Source of the DNA: Scyliorhinus canicula
Taxonomy: Eukaryota
Direction: 5' to 3'
DNA length: 64,000 nt
Assembly: GCF_902713615.1 (NCBI RefSeq)
Contig: NC_052160.1
Location: 137,682,737 to 137,746,736 of the forward strand
Part shown: positions 24,293-37,073 of the stretch, piece by piece
How positions within the stretch are numbered: position 1 is the first letter of the stretch
Layout: every line of letters starts with the position of its first letter
Made by a program: the position numbers and the translations under genes
Notes under the pieces: generated by a model
Databases searched by the model: none
What the model was told of the DNA's origin: nothing
What the model saw: only the letters and a program-made list of their open reading frames with translations

Positions 24293-25207
24293 TTTTAGCA
24301 ATATATATATATATATATATATTTAGCAGTATATATATATATATATTTAGCAGTATATATATATATTTAGCAGTATATATATATATATATTTAGCAGTAT
24401 ATATATATATATTTAGCAGTATACATATATATATATTTAGCAGTATATATATATATTTAGCAGTATATATATATTTAGCAGTATATATATATATTTAGCA
24501 GTATATATATATATTTAGCAGTATATATATATATTTAGCAGTATATATATATTTAGCAGTATATATATATATATTTAGCAGTATATATATATATTTAGCA
24601 GTATATATATATATTTAGCAGTATATATATATATTTAGCAGTATATATATATTTAGCAGTATATATATATATATATTTAGCAGTATATATATATATATAT
24701 TTAGCAGTATATATATATATATATTTAGCAGTATATATATATATTTAGCAGTATATATATAATTATATTTAGCAGTATACATATATATTTAGCAGTATAT
24801 ATATATTTAGCAGTATATATATATATTTAGCAGTATATATATATATATTTAGCAGTATATATATATTTANNNNNNNNNNNNNNNNNNNNNNNNNNNNNNN
24901 NNNNNNNNNNNNNNNNNNNNNNNNNNNNNNNNNNNNNNNNNNNNNNNNNNNNNNNNNNNNNNNNNNNNNNNNNNNNNNNNNNNNNNNNNNNNNNNNNNNN
25001 NNNNNTATATTTAGCAGTATATACATATATATATATTTAGCAGTATATATATATATTTAGCAGTATATATATATATATATTTAGCAGTATATATATATAT
25101 ATTTAGCAGTATATATATATATTTAGCAGTATATATATATATATTTAGCAGTATATATATATATATTTAGCAGTATATATATATATTTAGCAGTATATAT
25201 ATATATT
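24293..25207. repeat. TTTAGCAG(TA)n minisatellite containing/adjoining assembly gaps (N at 24870-25005 and 25208-25343)
   Basis: Directly visible ~20-26 bp units. One further unit lies at 26221-26245. Confidence 0.95.
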
Positions 25208-25343
25208 NNNNNNNNNNNNNNNNNNNNNNNNNNNNNNNNNNNNNNNNNNNNNNNNNNNNNNNNNNNNNNNNNNNNNNNNNNNNNNNNNNNNNNNNNNNNN
25301 NNNNNNNNNNNNNNNNNNNNNNNNNNNNNNNNNNNNNNNNNNN

Positions 25344-26220
25344 TCGCGTCTTTTCGTCCGACGTCACTTCGTCCAACGACACTTCGTCCACGACTTTTGG
25401 TCCAACGTCTTTTTGTCCGCCCGTCTTTTGGTCCAACGTCACTTCGTCCAATTATCCAATTACAAATTAACTCCGTATAAAACCATTTAATTGATAAAAT
25501 GCAAGTACAATACAGCAAGTGAATTTAATTCCTAAAATGCAAGTAATTGATAAAATGCAAGTAAAATGTAAGTTGAAAAATGCAGTTAAAAAGTTAAAAA
25601 ATCTAAAAATGCAGTTAAAAAATCTAAAAGTTTACTAATTACTTAAAATTCCCGAAATTACTTAAAATTGATGTAAATTGTAAATTCCCGAAATTCCCTA
25701 AAAGTTAGAGAACTGTACCCGAGAGAGAATAATGGGGAGAGGACAAGATGATTTGATATTCTACAATTCCGACAGACACAGATATAAGTGGGAGTCTAAT
25801 TGGATTTAGACAATGAGTGCAGTTCTGAAAGAAGCAGATTTAAACTCGATTTTCGTCGAGTGATTAAAACCTCTGGTTGGCAGTGGGTTCTGACATTACA
25901 GGTCTGAAATGATCAAATATTCCATCAGATACAATGGCTCTCATCACGCTGGAGCATACATGGGTGAATATCCTGCAGCTTATCTTAATAATGTCTGGAG
26001 ATCAAGCAGCACAAATGCAGAATTCAACCTCAAGAGGCGAAATAGGTGGAGAGGATCCTTGAGCAGTAACATTGAAAAACTAAATTAAACTATTTGTAAT
26101 TGGATAATTGGACGAAGTGACGTTGGACCAAAAGACGGGCGGACAAAAAGACGTTGGACCAAAAGACGTGGACGAAGTGTCGTTGGACGAAATGACGTCG
26201 GACGAAAAGACATAGCACCA
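25344..26220. mobile_element. Foldback-like non-autonomous DNA transposon with ~120-bp terminal inverted repeats
   Basis: 25348-25467 is the reverse complement of 26092-26211, with two mismatches by eye. The TIRs are built of GGACGAA/GGACCAAAA/GACGT sub-repeats and enclose a ~620-bp non-coding interior. Confidence 0.85.
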
Positions 26221-26299
26221 TTTAGCAGTATATATATATATATTTTAAGGGCCTAACGGGTGTTTAATCTTTTTTTTCCTTTTAAAGCTCTTTGGGAAT

Positions 26300-27700
26300 T
26301 CAAATCAGAGGGGATGGAAGCTAGGGCAGTTACCAGCTCCTCCTGTAGGATGTGGATGGTGATTACACCAGCCGGATGTGCACCCAACTCCAGCTCCTCA
26401 GAGACCGCGTTAGGGAACTGGAGCTAGAGCTGGATGAACTTCGGATCATCCGGGAGGCAGAGGGGGTGATAGAGAAGAGTTACAGGGAGGTAGCCACACC
26501 CAAGGTGCAGGACAAGAGTAGCTGGGTTACACTCAGGGGAAGGAAAAGGAACAGGCAGACAGTGCAGGGATCCTTCGTGGCCGTTCCCCTTCAAAACAAG
26601 TATACCGTTTTGGATGCTGTTGGGGACCTACCGGGGGAAGGCCCAAGCAGCCAGGTCTCCGGCACTGAGCCTGGGTCTGTGGCCCAGAAGGGAAGGGGAA
26701 GAATAGAAAAGCAATAGTGATAGGAGCCTCAATGGTTAGGGAAACGGGTAGGAGATTCTGTGGTCGCGAACGAGACTCCCGGAAGGTATGTTGCCTCCCG
26801 GGTGCCAGGGTCAGGGATGTCTCGGATTGAGTCTGCAGGATTCTGAAGGGAGAGGGGGAGCAACCAGAAGTCGTAGTACACATAGGCACCAACGACACAG
26901 CTAAGAAAAGGGATGAGGATCTAAAAAGGGAGTTAGGTTGGAAGCTAAAGAGCAGGACAAGCAGAGTACTGATCTCAGGATTGCTACCGGTGCCACGTGC
27001 AAGTGAGGCAAGGAACAGAGAACGAGTGCAGCTGAACACATGGCTACAGGGCTGGTGCAGGAGGGAAGGCTTCAGATATGTGGATCATTGGGAGATCTTC
27101 TGGGGAAGGTGGGACCAGAACATGAAGGACGGATTGCACCTAAACTGGAGGGGGCACCAATATCCTGGGTGGGAGGTTTGCTCGAGCTCTTCGGGAGGGT
27201 TTAAACTAGTTTGGCAGGGGGATGGGAACCAGAGCTATGGATCAGAGGATAGGGTAGCTGTTGAATGGGCTGAAATAGTATGCAGCAAGTCTGTGAGGAA
27301 GGATAGACAGTTGATAGGGCAAAGTTGCACTCAGTGGAATGGGTTAAAGTGTGTCTGTTTCAATGTAAGAAGTGTCAGGAATAAGGGAGATGAACTCAGA
27401 GCATGGATCAGTACTTGGAACTATGATGTGGCCATTACGGAGACATGGATTTCACAGCGGCTAGAATAGTTGTTCGATGTTTTGTGGTTTAGATGTTTTA
27501 AGAAGAATAGAGAGGGAGGTAAAAGAGGAGGGGGAGTGGCACTGTGAATTCGGGAGTGCACCACACTGCAGAAAATGTGGTAGTGGAGGAAGGTTTGTCT
27601 TCTGAGTCAGTATGGGTGGAAGTCAGAAACAAGAGAGGAGCAGTCACTTTATTGGGAGTTTTCTATAGACCCCCCAATAGCAGCAGTGAGATGGAGGAAC
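26300..27700 (+). mobile_element. CR1 LINE 5' half: ORF1 (coiled coil plus SGNH esterase-like) and start of ORF2 endonuclease; degenerate
   Basis: LRDRVRELELELDEL, HIGTND, WCRREGFRYVDHW..DGLHLN, then FNVRSVRNKGDEL..AITETW. Confidence 0.88.
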
Positions 27701-27867
27701 AGAACTATCTGACCAAAGGATTGTAGAAACAGCAGTCAATTGGTTAAGATGAGGCAGCTACAATCAGGACACACATGCAGTAACATAAATTTGCAGAGTG
27801 TAAGTCCTGTCGCCCAACAGACTGGGAAGTCCAATTCTGTCCAGGATTGCAGAGTTAAACTTCCTTT

Positions 27868-28069
27868 TTCATTTTTTTCCAATTAAGGGGCAATTTAGCG
27901 AGGCCAATCCACCTACCCTGCACATCTTTGAGTTGTGGGGGCGAAACCCACGCAAACACGGGGAGAATGTGTAAACTCCACACGGACAGTGACCCGGAGC
28001 CGGGATCGAACCTGGGTCCTCAGCGCCCTGAGGCCACAGGGCTAACCCACTGCGCCACCGTGCTGCCCC
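27868..28069 (-). mobile_element. V-SINE (short form)
   Basis: Reverse complement of head GGGCAGCACGGTGGCGCAGTGGG and central domain. Confidence 0.8.
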
Positions 28070-29046
28070 TTGATTGCAGAGTTAAGATGGACACTCCACT
28101 AACCCCACAGCTCATCCGAAGCTACAAATCCAACTAGATTTGAGCTTCATCCCAAGAGGGTTGATGAGAAACCTCAGGGCAATTCAAGCAGACAATATTT
28201 ATGTCTGGTTGGCACGCGTTTAGCAGGGTGTTTCTGGGTGGCTGCAGAGCTGAAAAACACCCCAATATTGAACGGCACTTTGCTGTTCTTTTGGCCGAGG
28301 GGAGTGACTCCCCCCTGAGGCTGCACTTTGAGCGATTTCCTGCTTCTGCTCACCGGCAGGAAATGCACCTCGCATTTTGAAATACTGACCCAATCCTTCT
28401 GCCCCCCCCCCCTTGCACACTTTCAGCCCTCCCCCCCCCCCTCCTTTTCACCCTTCTGACCCCAACCTTGGGGAGGTCATTGGGAACACCCTGTCACCCC
28501 TCCTCCACCTGGTAAGGCTCCACTGGGCCTGATCGCCATCAGTGTCAATCTGCTACCTGGACACGATGGTACTGCCAGCCTGGCACCCAGGCAGCGGCAA
28601 GATGGCACTGCCAAGGTGCCAGGGTGGGAGGGTCAAGGTGACAGGCTGGCACAGGGAGTTCCAGGGTATCACCCTGCCCTGCCCCCAACCACCCAGGGGT
28701 CTCTAATGGCTGGGAGCAGCCACCCACCCCCCCCTCCCCTCCCCCCCCCCCCCCCCCCCCCCCCACCCCCACCACCCTGTTTGGGTCTGTTTTGCCTGAT
28801 CCATGTTTCTGGAAACCAGCTCTAAATGGCGTCCTGACGAAGATCTCCCAGGAGTGACCGTTACATCCCAAGTGCTGGGAGACTCCGGCGATTGCCTAAT
28901 GGCTAATTTAAATATACCGATCTGGGTCACGCGCAGCGAGAGCGAGATCCAGATCGCGACGTCTCGTGAGATTCCGTTGTTTCCAGCGTCGCAAATCTCA
29001 CGAGGGGCCTCTCGCAGGATTCAACGGCCTTTTTGGGCCCAACGAA

Positions 29047-29398
29047 GCCGTTGAATCACAGAAGCCCTACAGTGCAGAGGGAGGCCATTCGGCCCATTGA
29101 CTCTGCACCGGTTCTTGGAAACAGCACCCTACTTAGGGCCACGCCTCCACCCTATCCCCACAACCCAGTATCTCACCTAACCTTTTGGACACTAAGGGGC
29201 AATGTAGCACGGCCAATCCACCTAATCTGCACATCTTTGGACTGTGGGAGGGAACCGGAGCACCCGAAGGAAACCCACGCAGACACGGGGAGAATGTGGC
29301 AAACTCCACAGAGACAGTCACCCGAGGCCGGAATTGAACCCGAGCCCCTGGAGATGTGAGGCAGCAGTGCTAACCACTGTGCGGCTGTGCCATCCCGA
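29047..29398 (-). mobile_element. V-SINE
   Basis: Reverse complement of a full SINE, homologous to 56942-57294. Confidence 0.8.
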
Positions 29399-29459
29399 AT
29401 CACTCCCCCAAGCTTAAAGAAGCTGATAATTGCAATATAAAGTTAATGTGAGGATGATT

Positions 29460-30070
29460 TTTGAATTTTAAATCGGAGTAATAAATACAAAGTGAGGAGT
29501 TATGTTAACCCTTCACTACTCACTGGTTAGGTCACTGGTTAGGTACTGTGTTCAACTCTGGGCAACACACTTGAGGGAGGAGGTCAAGCCCCTGGCGAGG
29601 GCACAGGGCAGATTTACCAGGATGATACCAGGGATGTGGCAGTTTGGATTTGTGGGCAGATTGGAGAAATTGGGATTATTGTCCTTAGAGCAGAAAAGAT
29701 AAAAGGGAAAAAAGTATTGAAATTGAGGAAGGGTCTCATGCAGCAAGTGGAGAGTAATTATTTCCTCTGCTGGTGGATTGGTAACAAGAGATCATAGAGT
29801 TAAAATAGTTGGGAGAAAAAACAGTGGGTAAATGAGGAGACGTTATTTCACACATTAGGCTGTTACCATCTGGAAAACACCAACTGGAATAATCATGGAA
29901 TGTGATTCCAGAGGAACTTTCCAAAGGCTGATGGACATACATTTGAAGGGGACCAATGTGCAGGGTTTCGGGGGGGGGGGGCTGGGGTGTGGGATTAAAT
30001 TGGACAATAAATGTTCTAAGAGCTGGCACAGACATGACGGGCCGAATGGCCTCCTTCTCTGCTTTAAGGT
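29460..30070 (+). mobile_element. Old CR1 3' fragment upstream of D1, shared with gene C (57350-57950) and duplicated at 54570-55030
   Basis: Degenerate LVR..YCVQLW...RFTRMIPG..LEKLGL motif and CR1 3' UTR end GGGCCGAATGGCCTCCTTCT. Confidence 0.7.
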
Positions 30071-30180
30071 TCTTGAGACCGGTCCCACTCAGGATTTGTG
30101 TGTGTCCCCTTGTGAAAGGATTGTCTAAAATTGATTGTTGGGATATTTCCAGCTTTCTTAAAACATGTTTCACCCAACAG

Positions 30181-30510
30181 CTTCACAGACACAGACGGCT
30201 CCGATAGTGATGAGAGCTGCAGTGGGAGAAACCATCACAGTGGGATGTCTACAGGGAGAAAGGTACAAAGGAAACTCTGCAATCTGGTGGTGCAGGACAA
30301 CTTCGGGAACTCGGTGCAATCATATATCGAGCATTGATGGGCACAAAGTCAGAAATGATTATCGAGGAACATCAATTGCTAATACAAATGGCAAGATTTC
30401 AGTAACCATACGACACCTTCAAGAGATAGAAACAGGAGCATACTGCTGTGGACTAGAAGATACCGGCTCATTCAATATTTCAGATGTTATATTGCTGAAG
30501 GTTTTCACAG
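30181..30510 (+). CDS. Gene B exon 2, Ig domain D1
   Basis: CACCCAACAG| acceptor and CAG|GTAAGA donor, 330 nt, open. IWWCRTTSGTRC; the F strand reads ETGAYCCG. Confidence 0.92.
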
Positions 30511-30682
30511 GTAAGAATGTTTCAGAAGATTGATTCTAGCGTTGATAATGTGGTTGGGCTGCAGTAACACTGCTGCTGTGTGAGCTCAGACTATGAAAGG
30601 ATTATCACAGTTCCTTATGTGCAAGTAAAGGCCTCCCATCCTCCCATTTCTATCCATTTCCATTAACCTCTCTAAACATAGG

Positions 30683-31800
30683 ATAAAAGCAAATTACTGC
30701 GGATGCTGGAATCTGAAACGAAAGAGAAAATGCTGGAAAATCTCAGCAGGTCTGGCAGCATCTGTAGGGAGAGAAAAGAGCAAACGTTTCGAGTCCGATG
30801 ACTCTTTGTCAAAGCTAAAAGACAGAGAAAGTGGGAAATATTTATACTGTGGAGTGAGAATGAAAGATGAGCCACAGCTACAGAAACCGAGGGAAACTGG
30901 GTGCTAATAGCCACAGAAACCAAGGGGAAAGATGGCAGTCCACAGAGAGAACAAAAGGTGTGAAAGGCCAAACAGCAGAAAAACTAACATCAGAGGCTAA
31001 ACTGTGACAGATGGAGATGTGGGGGGGATGGGAAGGGGGAAGCAAAGGGGAGAAGGGATAAGGAAAGGTTGATAAGATGGGGCGGGGAGTTAAATATATA
31101 TTAGGAAAGACAAGAAAGAAAGAAATGGTAAGAGATAGTTGAAATGAAATGGGATGAAAAGCATAATCCTCCGCCATTTTTGCCATCTCCAGCGTGATGC
31201 CACCACCAAGCACGTCTTCCCTTCACTCCCTCTGTCAGCGTTCCGCAGAGACCGTTCGCTCCGAGATAATCTGGCCCACTCCTCCACCCAACACCTCTCC
31301 CATCACCCATGGCACCTTCCCATGCAATCGCAGGAGGTGTAACACCTGGCCCTTTACCTCTTCCATGCTTAACATCCCAGGCCCAAAACATTCATTCCAG
31401 GTTAAGCAGCGTTTCACTTGCATCTCTTCCAATTTGGTCTATTGCATTCGCTGCTCCCAATGTGGTCTCCTCTATATCGGAGAGACTAAACGCAGACTGG
31501 GTGATCGCTTTGCTGAGCATCTTCAGTCTGTGCGTATTCAGGACCCTGACCTTCCCGTTGCTTGCCATTTTAACACAAGACCCTGCCCCCATGCCCACAT
31601 GTCTGTCCTTGGCCTGCTGCAATGTTCCAGTGAAGCTCAATGCAAACTGGAGAAACAACATCTCATCTTCCGGTTAGGCACGCTACAGCCTTCTGGTCTC
31701 AACATCGAATTCAACAACTTCAGATGATTAGCTCTACCCCACCTCGACCCATTTTGTTTTCATCCCATTTCATTTCAACTGTCTCGTAACATTTCTGTCT
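30683..31800 (+). mobile_element. Penelope-like element: GIY-YIG endonuclease 3' end with an inverted terminal copy
   Basis: ORF 31194-31727 contains NLVYCIRCSQCGLLYIGETKRRLGDRFAEH..RLGTLQPSGLNIEF. The segment GATAGTTGAAATGAAATGGGATGAAAA (~31135-31160) is inverted at ~31757-31785. Confidence 0.85.
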
Positions 31801-33156
31801 CACACCATTTCTTGTTAGGTGAATTGGACGTTCTGAATTCTCCCTCTGTGTACCCGAACAGGCACCAGAATGTGGTGACTAGGGGATTTTCACAGTAACT
31901 TGATTGCAGTGTTAATGTAAGCCAACTTGTGACAATAAGGATTAATTTATTAATAAATTAATCAATATTAAAGATGCGTGCCAGTGGTGTGGGAACCTTG
32001 TCAGCAATGGGGTGGGGGTGAGGGGCCTTGCCAGTGGTCCTGGGTGGGGGGAGGTGGGGGTCTTGCCAGCGATTTGTGAGGGAGCTGCATCAATATTGTG
32101 AAATGGGGGGGGGGCCGAATACCTGTCAGAGAGATTAGGCCCCACCCCTCTCAAGCCCAAAGTATGGGTGGCATGTTGGCACAGTGGTGGCTCAGCTCCA
32201 GGGATCTGGGCCCATTTCTGGCCTCAGGAGACAGTCTGTGCGGAGTTTGCACGTTGTCCCCAATGGGCTGAATGGCTTCCTTCTGCACTGTAATTTCTAT
32301 GGTACTATGTAAAGCCCAATCCTGTGAATAAAACATTCTAAATCCCATTCAATGGTTTTCCTGCTGGAAAGATTCTGGGGTTTTTAAACAGGAGAATTAT
32401 GGCCCATATTTCTGAATTTCTATTCCTTCAATCAGCCGAAATCTGAGCTAACTTTAGAGGAAGCAGCTTCTATATTAACATATCTTTTTGAGCTAGTTTT
32501 TTATGTTTTTCCTCATAACTTACAACTAATACAGTACATCCCCTTGCCCCCCCCCTGCCATCTCACCCCCGCTACCTCAGATTGCAGCATTTGTCTTCCC
32601 CTTCTGCCCCTCTGGAGTCATTTTCTGCCAACTGTCCCCACAATTCCACCCCCCCCCCCCCCACCCCCCGCCCACACTCCTGGATTACATCAGGTTTCTT
32701 CCTTCATATTCCCCCCCTCCCCTTCTCCTCCTGCCTCCCTCTCCTCCACCCCCCCCCCTCTTTGACTCTCCATCCCCCATTATCCGCCCATCTTTCCACC
32801 TTTTTTCCCTACTCATTCCCTCCCTGCCTTCTCTGTTGCTCCGTCTCTTCCCACCACCCTCCCAGCCCTGAGCATGCAGGTCGCAGGGAAGGCCGGAACT
32901 AGAAATGACCCAGGTGTCCAGCTCTACTGCACGTAGTGTACTGGACGTCAATGGGCCGGGGACAGGGGGGACAGGGGGGAGGAGGGGGGGGGGGGGGGGG
33001 GGGTGACCATCAGAGATGCAGAGACGAGATTGGCGAGATGGGGGTGGGGGAACAACCAGGCCACCGAAACTCACTCCTATTGTCCTGAGCCCTCATAATT
33101 TCTTCCCAGTTCGACAATTAATAGATTACTAAAATGGATTAAGTGCTGATGGGATA

Positions 33157-33463
33157 TAATAATAATAATCTTTATTATTGTCACAAGTAGGCTTACGATA
33201 ACACTGCAATGAAGTTACAGTGAAAATTCCCCTAGTCGCCACATTCCGGCGCCTGTTCGGGTACAAGGAGGGAGAATTCAGAATGTCCAAATTCCCTAAC
33301 AGCCCCTCTTTCGGGACTTGTGGGAGGAAAGCGGAGCACCCGGAGCACGCAGACACGGGGAGAACGTGCAGACTCTGCACAGACAGTGACCCAAGCTGGG
33401 AATCGAACCTGGGACCCTGGCGTCATGAAGCCACTGTGCTAATCACTGTGCTACCGTGCTGCT
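33157..33463 (-). mobile_element. V-SINE
   Basis: Reverse SINE with a (TAA)n tail. Confidence 0.8.
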
Positions 33464-34122
33464 GACTTCCCACTTATTAATTAATAATAATAGTAACGCC
33501 TGCTGTCTTTCATCACATCTGACATCAAAGTTGGCAAAATACTGCTGACGGCATGAAAAACCCTTCCCAAATTAGAACACGATGTCATTGAATCATAGAA
33601 TTTACAGCGCAGAAGGAACATCTGACCATTTTCTTTAGTATAAAAGCAGTTCAGCAGTTAATCTCAGACCCAATGGTTCTGGCGATGAAAACTGAAACTC
33701 CATTTGACCTACAAGTAACAAACTCACATTGTTTGTATATTTTTAGTGTTTATCCAAAGCGATGCTCAGTTTGTGTCCAACAGGCCTGGAGTTGGGGTCC
33801 CTTCATCCACTTTAAAAATTCACCCACCCGAACGTTCTGAGCAATTTCACTGCAGCTACAGAAATAGAAATGGTTCACTAAACGTAGACCCACACACCTC
33901 TGAAATATTAAATTAAAGGTTTAGAACGAGCAGGAATTGAACGCAGGAGCCTTCAATGATTACAGTGCATGTTACACTATAATCCAGTCCGTACATTAAA
34001 AACAGAAAATATTTCTGACATTTTCAACATTTGGCTGGTTTATTATATTTTGAGCAATATAAAGATGCTCAGTTTTTCAGCATTTTGAACTTTTATTGAT
34101 TGTGTTTCTCATTTATCAACAG

Positions 34123-34449
34123 GTACATGGGAGCCAATTGTATCAGAGATCAGTGGTGTTGTGGGAAATGTCGCCACTGTACCATGTCTGTACACGGAGG
34201 AGGAGAATTACTATAAGAAATTCCTGTGTAAAGTAACCTCTATAAATAAATGCACCATTATTGCCAGCTCTGATGGGGCTGTAACCAATCTGCAAAATGG
34301 GAGTGTTTCAATCACTATTAATAATTCTCATAATTTTGCTGTTACCCTGGGCAACATTAATAAAGCTGATGAAGGAGAGTACTGGTGTGGAGCAGTGACA
34401 GTAAAGAACATAAAGATCGTCCAGGTAAAACATCTGACAACTGCTGAAG
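34123..34449 (+). CDS. Gene B exon 3, Ig domain D2
   Basis: ATCAACAG| acceptor and GAAG|GTAAGG donor, 327 nt. Five nucleotide differences from gene A D2. Confidence 0.93.
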
Positions 34450-35434
34450 GTAAGGTTCAATATAAAATTATTATCATTCAATCAGTGTTGAATTAAACTC
34501 ACAAAACAATAACAATTGGTCAATGCTTAGTTCTTTATTTACACAACCCTACTTCATCTCAACCTTTCAGCCCATCCTTCTCTTACTTTCCCCCTCGCTA
34601 AGATTAGCTCAATTTCCCCCGAAGAGCATCTATGAAATTTGTCACAATTACACCTTGTGGTACAGGTAGAACGTCTCAGATCCGCTGACCAAAAAAACAA
34701 CAGTGTCCGTCCACAAACCAGACATTTTTAGGATGCTCAAGGCACCAATTTTAACTGATTGAAATTTTTAAAAACGCGCTGGACAACTCGGCTAGGAGCC
34801 ACGTTGGCACGATGTGGCTCCAGACTAGATACTGGCTTCACCATCCACTCTATCCGCCGCTCCATATGATCCTTACACCAGCTGACCCAGCCTCACATGA
34901 ACCACCCGTGGCCTGGACTGCCCACCCTGCACCCCAGCAAGATCTGAAAGCCATGACTGGATTGGAGGTACTGTCCCTAGTTCCACATTTAACAAGTTCC
35001 GGCTTCTATCAGCTCTCTGGGTATAGTGTCCAAAACTTTCACTAATACTACAAGAAAATGTTGATATTAAAAATATGTTGAAAGTTTGTGCAATACCTCA
35101 CAGATTATTGTCCTTCCAACACTATAAGCTCTTTGTGAAGGCCCCTCAGAATCTACCTTTTCCTCAGCTTTCGTGTCAGTCAAGGACAAAGACGTCCTCT
35201 CAAAAATCATTGTTCATTCATCCTGTGTTTGACTAATTGGCTTAAGAAAACTTAATCAGCAAGTGTCCAGGAAAAACGTAACATTTTCCTACCCTTCTGG
35301 CCACCCACTCCCACCATTTCGCTGCTCACAATACCCAGGTTCACTTTCCATAAATACAGTACGTTGAAGATAATAATTGTGGTAGTTGGCAGTTATTCAT
35401 CAAATTATTCATACATGTTTATTTCTGACAATAG

Positions 35435-35465
35435 GAAGACCAAATGGTTCCAACGATACCTCAAG
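35435..35465 (+). CDS. Gene B exon 4, stalk micro-exon (GRPNGSNDTS)
   Basis: AATAG| acceptor and AAG|GTAAGA donor, 31 nt, phase 1 to 2. Confidence 0.75.
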
Positions 35466-36389
35466 GTAAGATTTTAAATTGCAACTTCTAAATATCAGTT
35501 TTGTGCCACCCTCATTGAAGCCACGGTTGTTAGATAATCCTGCTTTCCTCACAGGTCATGATGAGCAATGCAATGTTATTAAATTACTATAATCCACGCA
35601 ACCACCATATTGATGCCATATATTTCCTCATAATTCTGCCATTGATTGTCTTCCCATTTAATACACACATATCGAAGCCAGGGAGTGACGTTTTTCAGAC
35701 CTTGGCAGTAATCATTCGGTGCGATAATATGAGAGAGTGACATTAACACTTTCTGCTGATTCCTTCCCTTACGGAACATCCGACACCCCAGCCCAGCGTT
35801 TATTCATTCACGAGATGTCGATGCTGCTGAAAAACCCTCATTCATTGCCCATCCCTCGTTGCCCTTGATAAAGTATTGGTAAGCCACCACCTTGAACCAC
35901 TGCTGTCCATGTGATGTCGATACACCCACCGGTGTTGTTCGGTGGAGAGGGTTTTGACGCAGAAAAGGTGAAGGAATCATGATCCACTTACAGGTCAAGT
36001 TAGTGTGGTAGTTAAGAAGGTGAATTTGAGGTGGTGCTGCTTTACCTGTTGGCCTTGTCTTTCCAACTGGTGATGGTCACAGGTTTGGAAGGTGTTACTG
36101 GAGAAGCCTTCGAAAGTTGCTGTCATGCATCCTCAACAGAGAGATGCAGTCTCACCAGAACACAGCTCGTCTCTGCGCAATTCCTGTTAGAGATATTTTC
36201 CCTGTGTGTACAAAGCCCAAAACTCCGAGGCGTGACTACACTTTGAAAATCACCCCATAGCTCGGACAAACTGTCACTCCGTTCATTATAATTTTGCAGA
36301 ATTGTTTTGACATTATTGATGGTCATGTTGCATAAACTGTGAGTTAAATTATTTTGTACTGTATTAATTATAATTCCTTGTTTAATCAG

Positions 36390-36496
36390 AGAGGTTCTGC
36401 TGAAGATATGGACTATATTCCGTTGGCTGCTCTTTGCGGCTATGGCTGTTTGCTCCGCTTCAGTCACATGCTACGCACATTTTGCAAAAGGGCCAG
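36390..36496 (+). CDS. Gene B exon 5, transmembrane (REVLLKIWTIFRWLLFAAMAVCSASVTCYAHFAKGP)
   Basis: 107 nt with the same splice sites as gene A. Confidence 0.8.
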
Positions 36497-36873
36497 GTAT
36501 AAAATATGAAATCTATTTGCTCTAATATTTACAGATATTTTACTTCAGCCTAAAAGCTCAGGCACTTTGAAAGTTGCCAAGAAAAGCAACGCATAATCCA
36601 CAAGAAAATAAGTTCTCCCTGTGAAATTTTAACAAGGGAGCCATTCGAGTGTGGTAACAATGACCTTTGGGGTGAATTTTAAACTCGTTAACAGAAAGGA
36701 TAAAAATGTTAGTTCATCAGGAGATTTCATTTTTACGCGGGAGCGCAAGGTGGGGAAAATTTAAGTCGGCAGTCAAGGCAAAGCACTGTTTAATTAAATT
36801 ATTTATTTATAATGCATGCCTGTGTACAAAGGCGGCCTTGAACATGGGTAAAGGAGGATCAATAGTGCCCCTG

Positions 36874-37073
36874 AGGGCAGCACGGTGGTGCATTGGGTCC
36901 CAGGTTCGATCCCGGCTCTGGGTCACTGTACGTGTGGAGTTTGCACATTCTCCCCGTGTTTGCGTGGGTTTCGCCCCCACAACCCAAAGATGTGCAGGGT
37001 AGGTGGATTGGCCACACTAAATTGCCCCTTAATTGGAAAAAATGAATTGGGTACTCTAAATTTATTTTTAAAA
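36874..37073 (+). mobile_element. V-SINE insertion specific to gene B last intron
   Basis: Flanked by a 13-bp target-site duplication AA(T/C)AGTGCCCCTG (36861-36873 and 37074-37086). Gene A has a single empty site at 19161-19173. Confidence 0.88.

Noticed and set aside
31194-31727. 177-aa Cys-rich ORF as a host nuclease or zinc-finger gene
   Set aside because: It is the GIY-YIG end of a truncated Penelope-like element with its inverted terminal copy.
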